DNA of 49,055 nucleotides from contig LWCA01000131.1 of NCBI GenBank assembly GCA_001642005.1, forward strand, positions 1-49,055, written 5' to 3'. The position numbers and the translations under genes were made by a program. Positions 1-14,172 of this stretch are shown here, one piece after another. Under the pieces are notes generated by a model. That model made no database searches and was not told where the DNA came from. It was given only the letters and a program-made list of their open reading frames with translations. The stretch's first letter is position 1, and each line of letters starts with the position of its first letter. This stretch comes from Intoshia linei (taxonomy: Eukaryota; Animalia; Orthonectida).

Positions 1-383
1 GTTGTTACGAACTGGAACGCTATCATCAAGATTGTTAAAATTAAAGGAAACCCTAATGACCGTTCAACCTACGTCAACACAAAATGAAAGAAATTTTTCT
101 ACTGCTTCTAATTTTGTTACAAAACGTAAAACGCGTTTAAAAAAACGAATCTATCAATATGATGTGTTTTGAAACACTTTTTCAACAATCTAAAATAAAT
201 TTTTTTCTAATTAAATTTGTAAATTTTAATCTAGTAATCAAATAAAATTTCTTTTTGTTTCTAAAATTAATTAAGGTCTTTAAAATTTTTAATGCTTCTA
301 TATTATATATGAATAAAAATTTTTTATTTTTCCAGGGAAATTAAAAATTAAAAATTAAATTTTCCGGGAAATCACAATCACTA
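1..383 (+). mobile_element. 3' end of a hAT DNA transposon (C-terminal dimerisation-domain remnant plus right terminus)
   Basis: The frame from base 2 reads [46 protein letters not shown], a hAT dimerisation motif (PTS..ERxFS). It ends in the terminus GGGAAATCACAATCACTA (366-383). A second, inverted copy lies at ~22587-22876. Confidence 0.75.
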
Positions 384-2627
384 TTCGTGATAAACTGATA
401 TTTTAAAACATTTGTTAGCTATATTAAATTTGTCTGTTGTTTGCATTTGGATATTGTGACCATAATAATAAAAAGTTTTGAAGGCTTTAGTACAGTATTG
501 TATTTAATTTTAAATCGATATTGAAATTAAATTAATTTTTTATTAATCAATTATTATAATTTGTATATGAGAAGAAAAAAAATTCAAAGTTTCAAATTTG
601 AAGTTTTCAGTTTTAAAATTGAGTTTGATATTGTAATGTGATTGAAATAATTTAAATATGTATACTAAGGTGTCTCAAAAAAAAGAAAAATAATATTTTT
701 TAACATCTTTAGGTGTGTCATAATATATAACATTATAGTGATTAAGAATAAAAAAAATGATATTTCCAAAATATTAATGCATTTCAACGAATATTGAAGA
801 TATTCTGACCATTTAAAGTTTATACATTACTTGTGATTATAATATTATTTTAAGGTTTTAGAATACTTTCTGTAAATGTCCCAAACTTTTTTCTAGTAGT
901 GTATAGATTTTTTTCTAATTAAATTTTCGTGTGGCCTCGAACTTGGTAGATTCGACTCTGATAATGTCTCATACAGTGCATTCCACTAATATAATTACAA
1001 ATTCCAACAATACAATTATAGATTTCAAAAATATAATTAAATTATATAAAAAGAATTTCATACATAATAAATTTTATTTTACATTTGCATCTCAAAATTT
1101 TTTATCGTAGTGTAATGATAATATCATACAAAAATGTAAAAATAATTATTCGAATGCACTCTAAATAAGAAACAATTGATAACCAGTGTTATTTAATTTA
1201 AAATTCACATTGTAGTTGATTTAGTTCATTAACAATTTGTTGAATTTTTTTCTTTATAACACTAAAAATTAAATTTTATTACGATACAATCATTACATTT
1301 TAGATTATTTTTCAAATGCATCCAGTTTGAGAACCGCTTGGGTATACTATAAAAAAATAACTTAACGTAGCTAACGTTTTTTATCGATCATATTGCAAGG
1401 CGTAACGAAAATGTAATGTTGCATGCAGATCCACGGTAAAAGGGAGATGATGATTTTTTTAATATTTTTTATAAAGCTATATTTTTCTGAGAATATCGTT
1501 TTCAACGGGTATATAAAATTGGTTCTTGACTGTCAAGAACAATTTCGGAAAATAAAATTTGCAATGATGCATCACTCTTGAAAAATTGTATTAGCAAGTG
1601 GGTTTTTAAATAAACAATAACACATATTACAATAAAAAGTAATGGATATAATGTATATATTTTTTTGCAATACTATCGTAGGGGTCCACAGAGAAAAAGT
1701 GTTGAGAATTCCTGGTTTATAATATAATTTTTAACGTAATCTAAAAATATTTTAATTTTGCTAATTGGTCTGTTTTACAATAATTTTGTTAATAATACAG
1801 TCACATTTTCTATAAAAACAATTCTCAAACTGTATTGTAAAAGTTAAAAATAAATTAAGTCATGAATGCTATTCAATCTATTTTAAAAATATTTATTCAT
1901 GCGTGCAATTTTGTTTTTCATAGATTAGTAATTATGAAATCGGATGGGTGACCTGGGTAACTTTCACATTTTTTATAAATGGACGTGTATATTAACTCTA
2001 AAAAAATAAATAAAGCTCTAATCATTAGAGCTTTAAGCGTATCATTACAAATCTGAACGTACTTAATGTTCGATATTATTTAAACGTGTAAGCTTTTGAA
2101 ATAAACCAGTTACATTGAGTTTTGTTTTGTATTCATATACCAGTAATCTCTGTACAAAAATGTTCGGTTTAATATCCACCAATTAATTTACTAATCACTT
2201 ATTGTTGAATTAATATCTAATTAACATTAGTTTTCCCATGCCAGAAGTAATACTTCTGAAGTATATACCTTTTGATAACATTTTAGAATCTATTGAAGGT
2301 AAAATAAATTCATTTATTCCAAATGTTTTAAAATTGCCTTTCATAAAGTTTCATGATATAGTTTACAAAAAAATGATATTCACGGTATTATTTTCGGGTC
2401 CAACTTTAAATTTACTTGGCCCTAATTGATCTAATGAATTGTAATATTTGTAGACGAATTCTAGAAATTGTATTATATTAAATATTTACACTTAATTTTA
2501 GTCGAAGCAGATCCTACGATAAAAGATAACATGAAGATTATACATTTGTTTCTAATAAATAATTATTTAAATTTATAATTCATACTAACAAGATAAAAAT
2601 AAAATAACTTGCAGTGAAATCTGCCAA

Positions 2628-3320
<693 letters not shown>

Positions 3321-3946
3321 TCACGTTACCTGTATTTTTCTAGCAATTTACAAACAAGTTTCCAACTTTTAAGTCTGTAATATCTATTAGTTTCAAAAAC
3401 GCTTTATTTTAGTCTACAAAGATACGTCAAACAATGTGTCTTAAATTGATTTTTTTATTAAATACACAACGTGGAATGTATGAAATAATTAATGTTTTCA
3501 ACTTTTCGTGGTTTTATCGATTATTTTATGTTTATCGGTCCATTTTTCAGTATCATTATATATAAGACGATTTGCTGAATCATGGAGATCATTTGTCTAC
3601 ATAAAATTATTCATTCATTTTTCGTTTTAATTACATTTTGTATATTAATAAATTTTAGTGTGTTGCATATTTAGCAATTGTTAAAATTCTCAATAAAAAA
3701 TTCGAGTTTATTTAAAATTGAAATGTATAGCAGTTTGTGCGGGTTCTGCAATACGGCTAGAACTCGGCACTGGATTCCTCATGTCAAGACGTTACAACTT
3801 AGGATATATTAGGATTAGGATTAGGATAGGTAACAATGAGTCTTATTGTTATTTACATACATGTAGCTAAATTTAATTAAAATACATTTTTTTGAATTAG
3901 TAGATTAGATTAAATTTTATGTACTAAGATTAGATTGAATATTGTA

Positions 3947-4340
3947 CATTAGGGCTATTCCAATTTGGACTTTTTAAATTTGAAATTTAAAAAAAACATG
4001 TATAGATAATAATCTCCATTTAATTTGCTGCAGAATGATATCATTTTTTATTTTCGTCCCAAAAAACCCCGCGTCTTTACCTTTTTCTTTTATCTAGCAT
4101 TTTTCATAGTAAAAAAATATGCCAACATTTTTTCCCCGTAGTTGCCATGCATTTGTTATAATTTTAAAATATAACATAGATCATGTGACATTAATCATAT
4201 TATTTAAAAAAATCAATAAAAAATTGTTTGTTTTGGACACAGTTCAAAGACAAATTTTCGTGATTTTTAAAAAATAATAAAATTATATAATTTCAAAAAA
4301 AGACATGAATTTATATGAACTGGGTCAAAATATTTTAAAA
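3947..4340 (+). mobile_element. Truncated left part of a CAYTAGG-terminated non-autonomous DNA transposon
   Basis: Starts CATTAGGGCTATTCCAATTTGGAC after TA. Near-identical to 27517-27878 for ~390 bp. No right end is visible here. Confidence 0.7.
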
Positions 4341-5238
4341 TGAATTAAAAATCAATATTGCATTTATTTTTTGGTAGAATTAAAAAATTTAGCCCTCGAA
4401 AGAGCTAGGTACTCTTTGTACAAAGTACTTAATAGTCTGTTCAACTTTTTTGTACCTTTACCGAGTTTTATAAAATTTGTACAGAGTACTTTTTAATAAA
4501 CTTTATTTAAATATATTATATTTTACTTAGATTTTGCAAAGATGCCAGATGTTATCATTTTATCCAAAAGCCTAAATGACCGCTACATTATTATTTCAAA
4601 AATCCATTAATAAAATTTAATAAAAAATACCGTTTGAAATCCTCAGGTTAAAATCCACTTTTACCGATATTTTTTTGGAAAATTCACTTGATCAAATCCA
4701 AAAGAAAATAAATCAATATAATCCTTTTTTCCATATTTTTTTGAAAAACACGATTTACCAAATCTTATGACAAAAACCTTGTATTTCAACACTAAATAAA
4801 AATCAAATTTTACAAATCCTCATGTGAACAGTCCCCTTTTATCTATATTTATTAGAAAAATCTAATTTTACTAAACCCTACGGGAATTTCTGAACATACC
4901 GTACCAAGCCTCCTTATGGGGGAGGGCGTATTGAAATTTTTGTAAAATGAGTGTCTTATTTTTCAAAATTAAATATTAAATATTATTATTATTAACATTA
5001 TATTGAATATTAAAATAATTATAAATTGTATATCGCAATTATTATGTAATTGTTTGTGATGTAATGTAAATTTTAATGAAATTAAATTTTTACTGAATTT
5101 TTTTAAAGTACTTGAGTACTTAGTAAGTACTACTTACTGAGTTTTGAAAATTTAAAAAGTATTTAGTAAATAATTGTACTTTACTGATTTTTTAAGCAAA
5201 AAAGGTACTTAATAAAGTACTAAGTTAAACACACTAGT

Positions 5239-5726
5239 CAGTGGTCAACAAACGTTTTGACATGGGGTCGGAATAACTAAAAAAAATCCGCGGACCAGAT
5301 GGAAAATATAAATGACTGTATTTTAAATTAAGATTTAAAATTTATGTTCATGATATTATAAGTTTCTCATGATCTATAAATGACAAGTCGATAGTATATA
5401 TACAGTATTCTCTCTATAACTCGCCATTCTTGGGATTTAGAAAAAGTTGGCGAGATAAAAAATTTAAAACTATAGAAACAGTAGACAAAACCTTTAAATT
5501 AAAGGTTAAAGTGTAATAAAATATAAATTGTAATACGAATTGTAAAATTTAATACAATATAACTTATTTTGAAAAATGGTTTTAAAAGTTTTAGTGTATA
5601 TTTTTAATTAATGGCGAGAATACAGTATTTAAAATCTAAGTTGATGATATATGATAATTTGTAAGATATCACCGGTGTATTTTGTAATAAATTTGTAATT
5701 TACGGGCCGTAGTTTGGTGGCCACTG
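5239..5726. mobile_element. hAT/Charlie-like MITE
   Basis: TIRs CAGTGGTCAACAAAC and GTTTGGTGGCCACTG, flanked on both sides by CACTAGT. Contains a pogo-like end (TACAGTATTCTCTC, ~5401). Confidence 0.6.
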
Positions 5727-7024
5727 CACTAGTACATAACTGTCAAATTAGTTATAAAATATAATTTTTTAATTATTTTTTACCCCGATGTATTTTCCTT
5801 ACGGGTAAATAATATTATCAAAATTGATTTATTTATATAATCAAATTAATTGCAATGCACATTTAAAAAATACAGCTTCATAAGTACTTATAAATTATTG
5901 AATTAAGCACAATTAGCAAAAATAATACAATTTAATTATGTACAAGTGAAAAAATTGAATTTGGATATCGATATTTTGATGATAATAGTGAGTTTCCCAC
6001 ATCAAAGTGGGAGCATTCCCACATTTTTAATTATTTAATATACAATGTATATTTGATATATAATATAAATTATATTATATATGCTTAACTAGGTTAACTG
6101 ATATCAATTTTATACAAAAAGCAGCTATTTTTGCCGAGGACAAATTTTTAATTTAATCCCATTTTTTAAATTAATTACAAACAATGAGTCATAATCTTAA
6201 AACTAACTTAAACACTGTTTAAACCATTAACCATTTAGTTGCAACACTAAAAATCGTCATAATTAAAATGATCCCAGTACAAATAAAATTATAAATACGT
6301 GTTAAACTTTATTCAATTTTAATATTTACCGAATTTAGCTCATTTAAAAATATGTTATCAATTGCATCTTATCTCAATTTCAGCTGATATTTATGTTTGA
6401 AACCCAGAAATTAATTCAAAATGACAAAAAATCGAATAGATCAATTTAAGAGACTGTAACTCACATTTCCATATTTCAATGACAATAAAATGACTTGTTA
6501 TTCAAAATATCAATTTTTATTTCCTCTTAAAATATTATGACTTGAAAATTGTTTTACCCGATAGTGGTTATTAAAGTCGCCATCTCGTTGGTCGTTCTCG
6601 TTATATTTATAGTTGGGTAGTTCTACGGTTAATACAAAATTAAATCTAATTAGACATACAGTTTTTCATTATATAATACCGTGCAACACTCAAAAATCAT
6701 ATTTCGTCTCACACAATCTTCAAGGTTCAATACGTCTTATTGTAATTGTATTTGATTTGTTGTTAGAATTAACAGAGAAAACTACTGTTTGTAATTATAA
6801 TTTATTAGTTACTTTTAAAGATTTATATGTTCGACAATTATAATAATTCATTATATATTGGCCTATTCAGCATTTACGTCATCTTGTGTGAATCACACAT
6901 TGATTATGTTAAATTTTAAGAGATAAATTTTTAAATTAGTATCCATATTATTATAGTACGTATATAGCAGTGGTTCGTAACAGTGTGCATGCACCAAAGG
7001 CTGTACGGATATACTTTTCTGTTT

Positions 7025-7766
7025 TGAAAATGAGAATTTGAAATTTAAAAATTGCGAAGGAATGAATTATATACATTTTCACCCATATTTCTTTATTGGA
7101 AATGTATGGACGTTCAATGCACATTTTTTTTGAAATTGTAGGATCAATATTTACATTTTCAATTTTTGATTTTTAATTGATTTATTTGAAAAATATTGGT
7201 TGAAATATATTAAAAATTATTTTTCATCGGGAATGCGTAGATTCCTCGGGTTCAACTTTTGTATCTATATCAACTGGAATAAGCTCTATCAGACTAATCT
7301 GTTTTTTAATTTTCGAACCGTTAATTATTTTACATTTTTTGTTTTCGTTTGTCAATAAAATATTTCGGAAAAAAATATATGAATACTAAAATGATTTTTT
7401 GACGTGAAGTCGTCACGTATTCCGATTGAAATTTTTTGTGTGTGTTAACAGGATACAACTGTATCATCTGTAAATTTTTTTAAATTCTAGGGCTGTTTTC
7501 ATTAAAAAAAGAAAGGCAATTTGGTGGTTTGGCCCTGAAAATATAATTTTTTTAAATTCTCCAACTCGTTTGATTTTCAAAAAGAACGACAATTGGGGTT
7601 TTTGACCAGTAAGGTGTGAGTTTGGGAAATTGAAATTTGTCTTATTATATGTCCCGGAAAAAACTGTAATTGAAATGTGGACTTTATAAAATTCTAAGAC
7701 TGGTAGTTATTTCAATAAAATGGAACACACAAACAAAAATCGCATAGCATATTATATAAGTAAGGA
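7025..7766 (-). mobile_element. Non-autonomous Helitron family copy (5' portion)
   Basis: The reverse complement starts TCCTTACTTATATAA and matches 41656-42140 and 45530-45900 in long blocks (e.g. ATAACTACCAGTCT, GATAGAGCTTATTCCAGTT). Confidence 0.65.
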
Positions 7767-8216
7767 TATACTATATAGTAGTTAAACTTAAAACTTGATA
7801 CTTTTAATTATACTTATAAATTGACACGATACATGTATAATAAGCTTGTGTAAAATTGAAAACTATAATATGTCCAACATAAAGTGTAATAAGTGACAAT
7901 ACAAGGTTTGTAGTTAATGTAATACATCCTTCAACATTAATTGTAGTACAATTAGGCTTAATATATATATATATATAAAATCGATTATATAAAATATTCG
8001 TACTTAAATAGAAGAATACATTAAACTTGTTTATAAATAAAAATAGATAAAATAGGTGAATTATAATATTCAATAATTATATATTTCAAGGTTTAACAAA
8101 TCAAATTTTGCAATTAAAATGCTAGCAATTTTGTGAAATATCACAATATTTGCGTCAATTTTAATATTTGAATTATTACAATTTAAAATTCATTTTAAAA
8201 TTAATGAAAACAAAAG

Positions 8217-9206
8217 ATGAATTCGAGTAATGCATTAAACGAATCCAGTATAGAAAACGCAATCGAATATACGTTGGTATTTGACAAGTTATTTCCGATA
8301 GCCTTTGGGATTATTACCTTTTTAGGTTTAATAACAAATATATATGTAATTGTAATAATTTTTGCATATAAAAATTTGAGAAATACATTCAATTATATTA
8401 TTGTCAACTTGGCTATAGCTGATTTGTCATTTGTTTGCATTTGTCCACCGTTGACAGCCTATTATTATGTGGCGCAACAATGGTTATTGGGAGATGTGCT
8501 GTGCAAATTTATGCATTACATGATCAACGTAACCGTCAATGTCAGTATTTACAGTCTGGTTGAAATTTCACTGTTCAGATACATAATGATTACATTTAAC
8601 TACAACAAGCAAATCCAATCAATGAGTCCATTTAAAGTTTTTATAATTTGTTTGTTAACATGGATTATATTTGGAATTGCGTACATTCCAATTATTCTCT
8701 CTGTCAAAACTAATAAAACTAATAATGTCATTAGATGTGATTTGATATCTGATAATTACAGACAAGCCATCAATTTAGTCAATTTAGTATTTAGTTATAT
8801 TGTACCTCTTATTTTGACTACCATTTTTAGTATTAAAATCATTATTAAAATTCAACAAGGTCAGAAATCAATGAAAACTGTCAAAAAAACATCGTACATT
8901 AGAAATAAAAAGGTATTTGTTTTTTTTCTAATTTTTATCGTTATTTAGGCTACCCATGTTATTATATTGATGCTTCTCATTTTTTTTCTTACCTGGATGC
9001 CTATACAGATTCATCTCATTCTTACCATTCATTTTGATTATTATTTTAATTCTAAATTCTATTTTATTTTTATCGGATTTTGTCATATATTGGCATATTC
9101 AAATTCTATCGTCAACCCGATCATATATAGTCACCACAATAACGAATTTCAAAATGGACTAGTCAAATTGTGGCAAGGTTGTAAAGGTCTTTTTTGTAAA
9201 AAATAA
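8217..9206 (+). CDS. Rhodopsin-class neuropeptide GPCR, allatostatin-A/galanin receptor-like, 2 exons, 317 aa
   Basis: Exons 8217-8912 and 8949-9206 with a 36-bp GT-AG intron in frame. Seven hydrophobic segments with NLAIADL (TM2), WLLGDVLCK, FSYIVPL (TM5), WMPIQI (TM6) and HILAYSNSIVNPIIY (TM7). The subfamily is inferred from these motifs. Confidence 0.88.
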
Positions 9207-10330
9207 ATTCATTATTTATTCTTTGTATAAACCAGCGTTACCAACATTTTCTCAGTTATAGGTTTGTTATGGATATGTTATTGACTTGAATTCTGCGCAG
9301 AGTTGGCAGATATATTTAAATTCTTCATTTAAAAACGATCATTTTGAAATCTGTATTTTCCAAGTATACAGTACTAGTACTGTAATCAACTCACAGTAAA
9401 ACTAAGTAAAATTTTTTTTACATTAAAATTAAATTTCCAACTAAAGTAGTGATTTAAGTGATATATCTTTTTGGGGAAAGGTGAATTACAGATTTTTGAA
9501 AGTATAATGAACCAGCATACCTATAAAAATGTACTAAACAATTTTTTGGGTCAAATGACACAACGTGTATCATGATTATCATGATTAATAATTAATTATA
9601 AAAGTTTAAAAATTACTGCGTTATTGTTGTACGATTTTTAACTTTTGGGCGATATTTAAAATACAATATGAAAAATATTTGAACGGCTCTGTATAATACG
9701 TTATATTCCATTAAATAATCAAATGAGTAAAAAAGAAAAGAAGCAAAAACTTCAAAGTACCCCAATAGATGTGTGTGCATTTACAATTGATACACTGGAT
9801 ATTAAACATGAAATGAATACATTTAACTCAATTTTGGCAAAATTTATAGATTGTAAGATTATTCAGTAAATGTTAAGTTACAATTTTAATAAATATTGTT
9901 TTTAGTGGGATATATTCAATTGTACATAAATTATCTAGTAAACTATAATATTAAAAAGGATAATAAGGTAATATATTGATAATAAATGTCGGTTAATTCA
10001 TAAAAATGAACAAAATTAGGCATATGTAAATTTGATCACCAATTATATTGCATTACACCAAAAAATAGTCAGAACGTATGAGGTTCATGTAAAAACAATA
10101 GATTAATAGGTACATTTTATAGAACTATCCAATTGTACTGAAATCAAGAATAACGATTAACGTTCCAGATAATGCCAATGCCAAGATTTGTGTAAGTTAA
10201 ATTTTTATATAACTCAAATACAGTAGACCCAATTAGTAGATTTTATGATCAATAGTCTCTGGCAGGGCCGTGTACGAGGAGGCTAATATTTTAATTTATT
10301 GATATGTAATATTGGAAAATTTCTTAAGTA

Positions 10331-10669
10331 CAGTGGTTGCTCCCTAAATTGAACAGTATCTAAATACACTCAGCGATTACTGTAGATGGTATTAATATAT
10401 ACATTCCCGCTCTTGAACATGAACACAATTTATTGTGATTTTTCTCATAAATTTGTTGTAATTTAATTAATTTTCTATATAATTTAAGAAATTTATAAGA
10501 AAATGTGAGTTCTTCAATTTGAACAATTCATTTATTTTAAAATTTTGATTTTTCTTATAAATTTCACAATAAATGTAGTATAAAATAATTAACTACAGTG
10601 TTCAATCTCTAAAACTTGAACACCATCCATTTTTTTGCAGTTAAGGTTCAATTTAGAGAGCGATCACTG
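10331..10669. mobile_element. pogo/Tigger-like MITE with TA target duplication
   Basis: TA|CAGTGGTTGCTCCCTAAATTGAAC ... GTTCAATTTAGAGAGCGATCACTG|TA. Confidence 0.75.
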
Positions 10670-10755
10670 TATGTCAAAATTATGATGACCAATGCTATTT
10701 GCAACTGTTATTTTAATTTTTAGGCAATATAGAATCGATTAAACAATGTATAAAC

Positions 10756-11226
10756 CATATATGGGAAAAGTGTAGCCAGAGGGCCGCATGCGGCCCTCTT
10801 ATAAAAAGTTGCGACCCACGAGTGAAATTAAAAATTTCGAATAATTTAACATTAATTAATGCAACAAGTAGCATTAAACCAGATTTTATTCAACTATCAG
10901 AAAAAAGCAAAATCACTCATAAGTTATGAGTGAATATCAATGAATTATGTTAATATAAAACAATAATGATTTATTATTTTTTATATAATTTCTGCAGTAT
11001 ATGAGAATTTACTGCATTAAAATAAATTTAATGACTAAATGTATTGACTATTAACATTAAAATATTCTTAAACTAGTGAACATAGAGGTATAAGGGTTTG
11101 TAATATTGATTAGAAAAAAATTTTAAAAAGGGAACGAAGTGAAACTGAAGAATTTTTCTTGGTGCGGTCCGCGATAAAATTAAATGTGTAGTGTGGTCCG
11201 TTGCACGAAAAATGGTGCCCACATTG
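10756..11226. mobile_element. hAT/Charlie-like MITE
   Basis: Termini CATATATGGG and CCCACATTG, a subterminal GGGCCGCATGCGGCCC palindrome, and 8-bp TSD gtataaac / gtatagac. Confidence 0.7.
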
Positions 11227-11918
11227 GTATAGACGTCTCAATTTTAAAAAAATATTAATAGGCCCTACTATTTCCATCTGACCCTGGTTTATTGCTGGCT
11301 CTCCACGGCCCTGCTCTCTGACCAAATGCTGAAAAAATTTTTTTAATCGAGTTACTATTAATATAATTAATGTATATAAAATACATTATAATTATAGAAA
11401 AAATTGTTTTAATTTATAAGTACAAATATATTTGGAATTTATCCATGGTAAATGAGATGTGGATTGTTTTTATTAATGAAAAAGTTTTTCGTAAATTTTT
11501 ACCGGTCCGTCTGAAATTATTGCTTTAAAATTACATTTTTCAGATCGTCCACTGCAGTTCATTTTAAGTTGTTTGCCTACAAAGGGAGTATTTTAACAAT
11601 CTCTTAATTATTGATTTTCATTTTAACTTTTTATTGTATCCATTAGAACCTACCAATTATGTGTGATTTTGATCTTGTTGCAGTTTCATGTACCATCAAA
11701 AATAAACAGATTGTGGTAATATTTTCTCTATAAATTGTGACGTAAATATTTTCATTTTTAGTCAATATTGGAATCGAAAAAATTTGATATTTTTGTTTTA
11801 AATTTATCAATTGTACGGAATCCTATATTTAAAAGAAATTTGTTTTCAACGGTATATATTATATATGTTACTGTTCGTTTAGAGTTTCAGTCATTCTGAA
11901 GAATGACATAAGTGAATT

Positions 11919-12065
11919 GTAAAAGTGCATTTTTTCCTTAAGGTCTGGTAAAAGTGAATTGTTTCTTTTATGGGTTAGTAAAACCGTATTTTCACATAAG
12001 TTTTGGTAAAAGTGAATTTTTTCCTTAAGGGTTGGTAAAAGCGGATTTTTTCCTTAAGTTTTGGT
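11919..12065. repeat. Degenerate ~29-bp tandem minisatellite (consensus approx. GGTAAAAGTGGATTTTTCCTTAAGGGTT)
   Basis: GTAAAA anchors at 11919, 11948, 11978, 12006 and 12035 (spacing 28-30 bp). Related units are dispersed elsewhere in the window. Confidence 0.75.
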
Positions 12066-14172
12066 GGTTGGTTAAGTGGATTTTCCCCGTAATAGGGGTC
12101 CACGGATAAAGTAATGTATTAATTCAGGAATTAATTTAATATAATTAAGAAGAAAACACAACTAAATCCAACTCCAAAAGAGAAAATCCAAATTAACCAA
12201 CCCTCAAGGGAAAAATTGACTTCATAATATTTTTTTGAAAAATGGGTTTTTACCAAACCTGATAAGATTCATTATACATTTTTTATTTTATATATATATT
12301 TATACATCTTCATTTTTCGATTTTTTATACTTTATTTTATATTGTAATATAGGCTTGTAAAAATAACATTTATTTTGAAATTGTGTATACCGAATTTATT
12401 ACATCTACAGGAGAATTTGATGCATTTTGCTTATTTGATATTATCAATACGTGTCTTTTGAGGAAAATGAAAAAGGCAATCTTTCAAAATATTAATTTTA
12501 AAATACTTTCCAACTTATTATTTACATTATTATGTTAGTTATTTTTGTTTATTGTATTTTTTAGAATATTATTTTATCCAGCAACGCCAAACATCCTTAC
12601 CATATTAAATCATTGAATGATATTATTTCGTGGTATATTTATCTTTTATTCATCCACTCCTCAATTTAACCGACGACAGATATTCATGCACTTGCCGAAA
12701 TGAATGTTTATGAAAAAAGTTAACGAATAAATATTTTTAAAAAAAATTATAAATTGTGTTTTTTGTAATTTTTTAAAGTTTGGCTCTGGTATCTACTATC
12801 CATCTAATTTAAACTGGACAAATTTATATCAAATTTTGATAATTATCAAACGTTATAATTCAATTGATTTTTTATAACAATTTATATTATCAATCGTAAC
12901 AGAATTCCATGTTTAATATTCCATCAATTAATTTAATTTTTTAAAACATGTTGCATAATCAATATCTATAGTATGTATAATATAATATATATATAATTTA
13001 TTTTTAATATTTGTACACATTTTAATAAATGAGATGTAACTTGTATAAATCGTTATCTAATAAATAAATGAGTCAACTATTTCTTAAACTAGGTTTTGCC
13101 GAAAATTTTCAGATATACAGCGAAAGTGCTTGGAATTATTCCGAATTTTAATGTTTACGTTTTCCACAATCACACTAAAAATATTTAATTAAACATTTTT
13201 TATTGGATTCCGTTGGGCGATTTTTTTGAAATACGTTCGGACTATACTATTAATACCTGTTATTATATTACTATTTTATTTTGAATACAAAGTAATGTTA
13301 TTATCAGATTAATCAAAGTAAACATTTTAGGTTAAAAGTTTTATCGATTCCATTGAAACAAAATGTATTTTATAACGTTGATAATGTTATTGATCAAAGT
13401 GGTATTATATTTAAATTTAGATTATAATGTAATATTGATAATTAAAATTTCTAGAAAAAAGAAGAATGACTAAATTGCAGTATGTAAATAGTTACATTTG
13501 TTGAAATTACATTTTTTTCTTCATTCTTTATTTTGAGTAATATCTAGAAATGATAAGAAAAATGGAATTATATGCATGAACGTTATCCTTATTGGCTTTA
13601 GTGTTTGTAGTAATATTATAATTTTGTAGTTGTCTTAATTTAAAAAAAAAAAGCGTCCACATTTGCTAAAACTATCCACTGCTTATAAAGGCACGAAATA
13701 GTTGGATTACATATTGATATTAATGCAATTTAATTATTAACCTATAGATTGAAAGTATATTTTATGTGTCTGGATCAATACGTTTGTATATTCTCACACA
13801 AAATCAATCAATATATAACTACTACTTGAGAAGCTTTTTATCAACTATCGTTATTATTATGCTAGCTTGGTTGTTGTCTATGTGGTGCGTTATCTGTCAT
13901 ATCAAAAATATTATTGTTTTAATATACTTATTATTATCTAGGTTTGCATTGTATTTTCGTTAAAATTGAAGGAATCCATTAAATATTTAGTATCTTATTC
14001 GTTTTCTTTTTTCATCTTTTTCATTTAGGTTTTAGCTCTTTTATATTTCAGATATTTATACAAAATTGGAATTACATCTTATATACTACATTTTAATCTG
14101 ATTGATGAACAGTATATTGCTGATGATTACTATTCGACCATCGTAATTTATGTGTTTATTTTATAGTATGGT

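Larger units (their letters stand above)
10263..11313. mobile_element. hAT (Tip100-type TIR) non-autonomous element hosting two nested MITEs
   Basis: TIRs CAGGGCCGTG and CACGGCCCTG, with a degenerate 8-bp TSD gtctctgg / ctctctga. Confidence 0.6.

Noticed and set aside
930-960. tRNA/SINE-like A-box and B-box (GTGGCCTCGAACTTGGT / TTCGACTC)
   Set aside because: The boxes are adjacent and no cloverleaf can be folded.
6613-8392. Short ORFs in the supplied track here and elsewhere (e.g. 6613-6843, 7804-8073, 8201-8392, 11110-11325, 45551-45766)
   Set aside because: They are low-complexity I/F/K/N/Y-rich translations of AT-rich, antisense or repeat DNA with no motifs.
11919-12065. Regularly spaced ~29-bp repeats as a CRISPR array
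   Set aside because: The units are head-to-tail with no unique spacers, are degenerate, lie in a eukaryotic context, and have no cas genes nearby.
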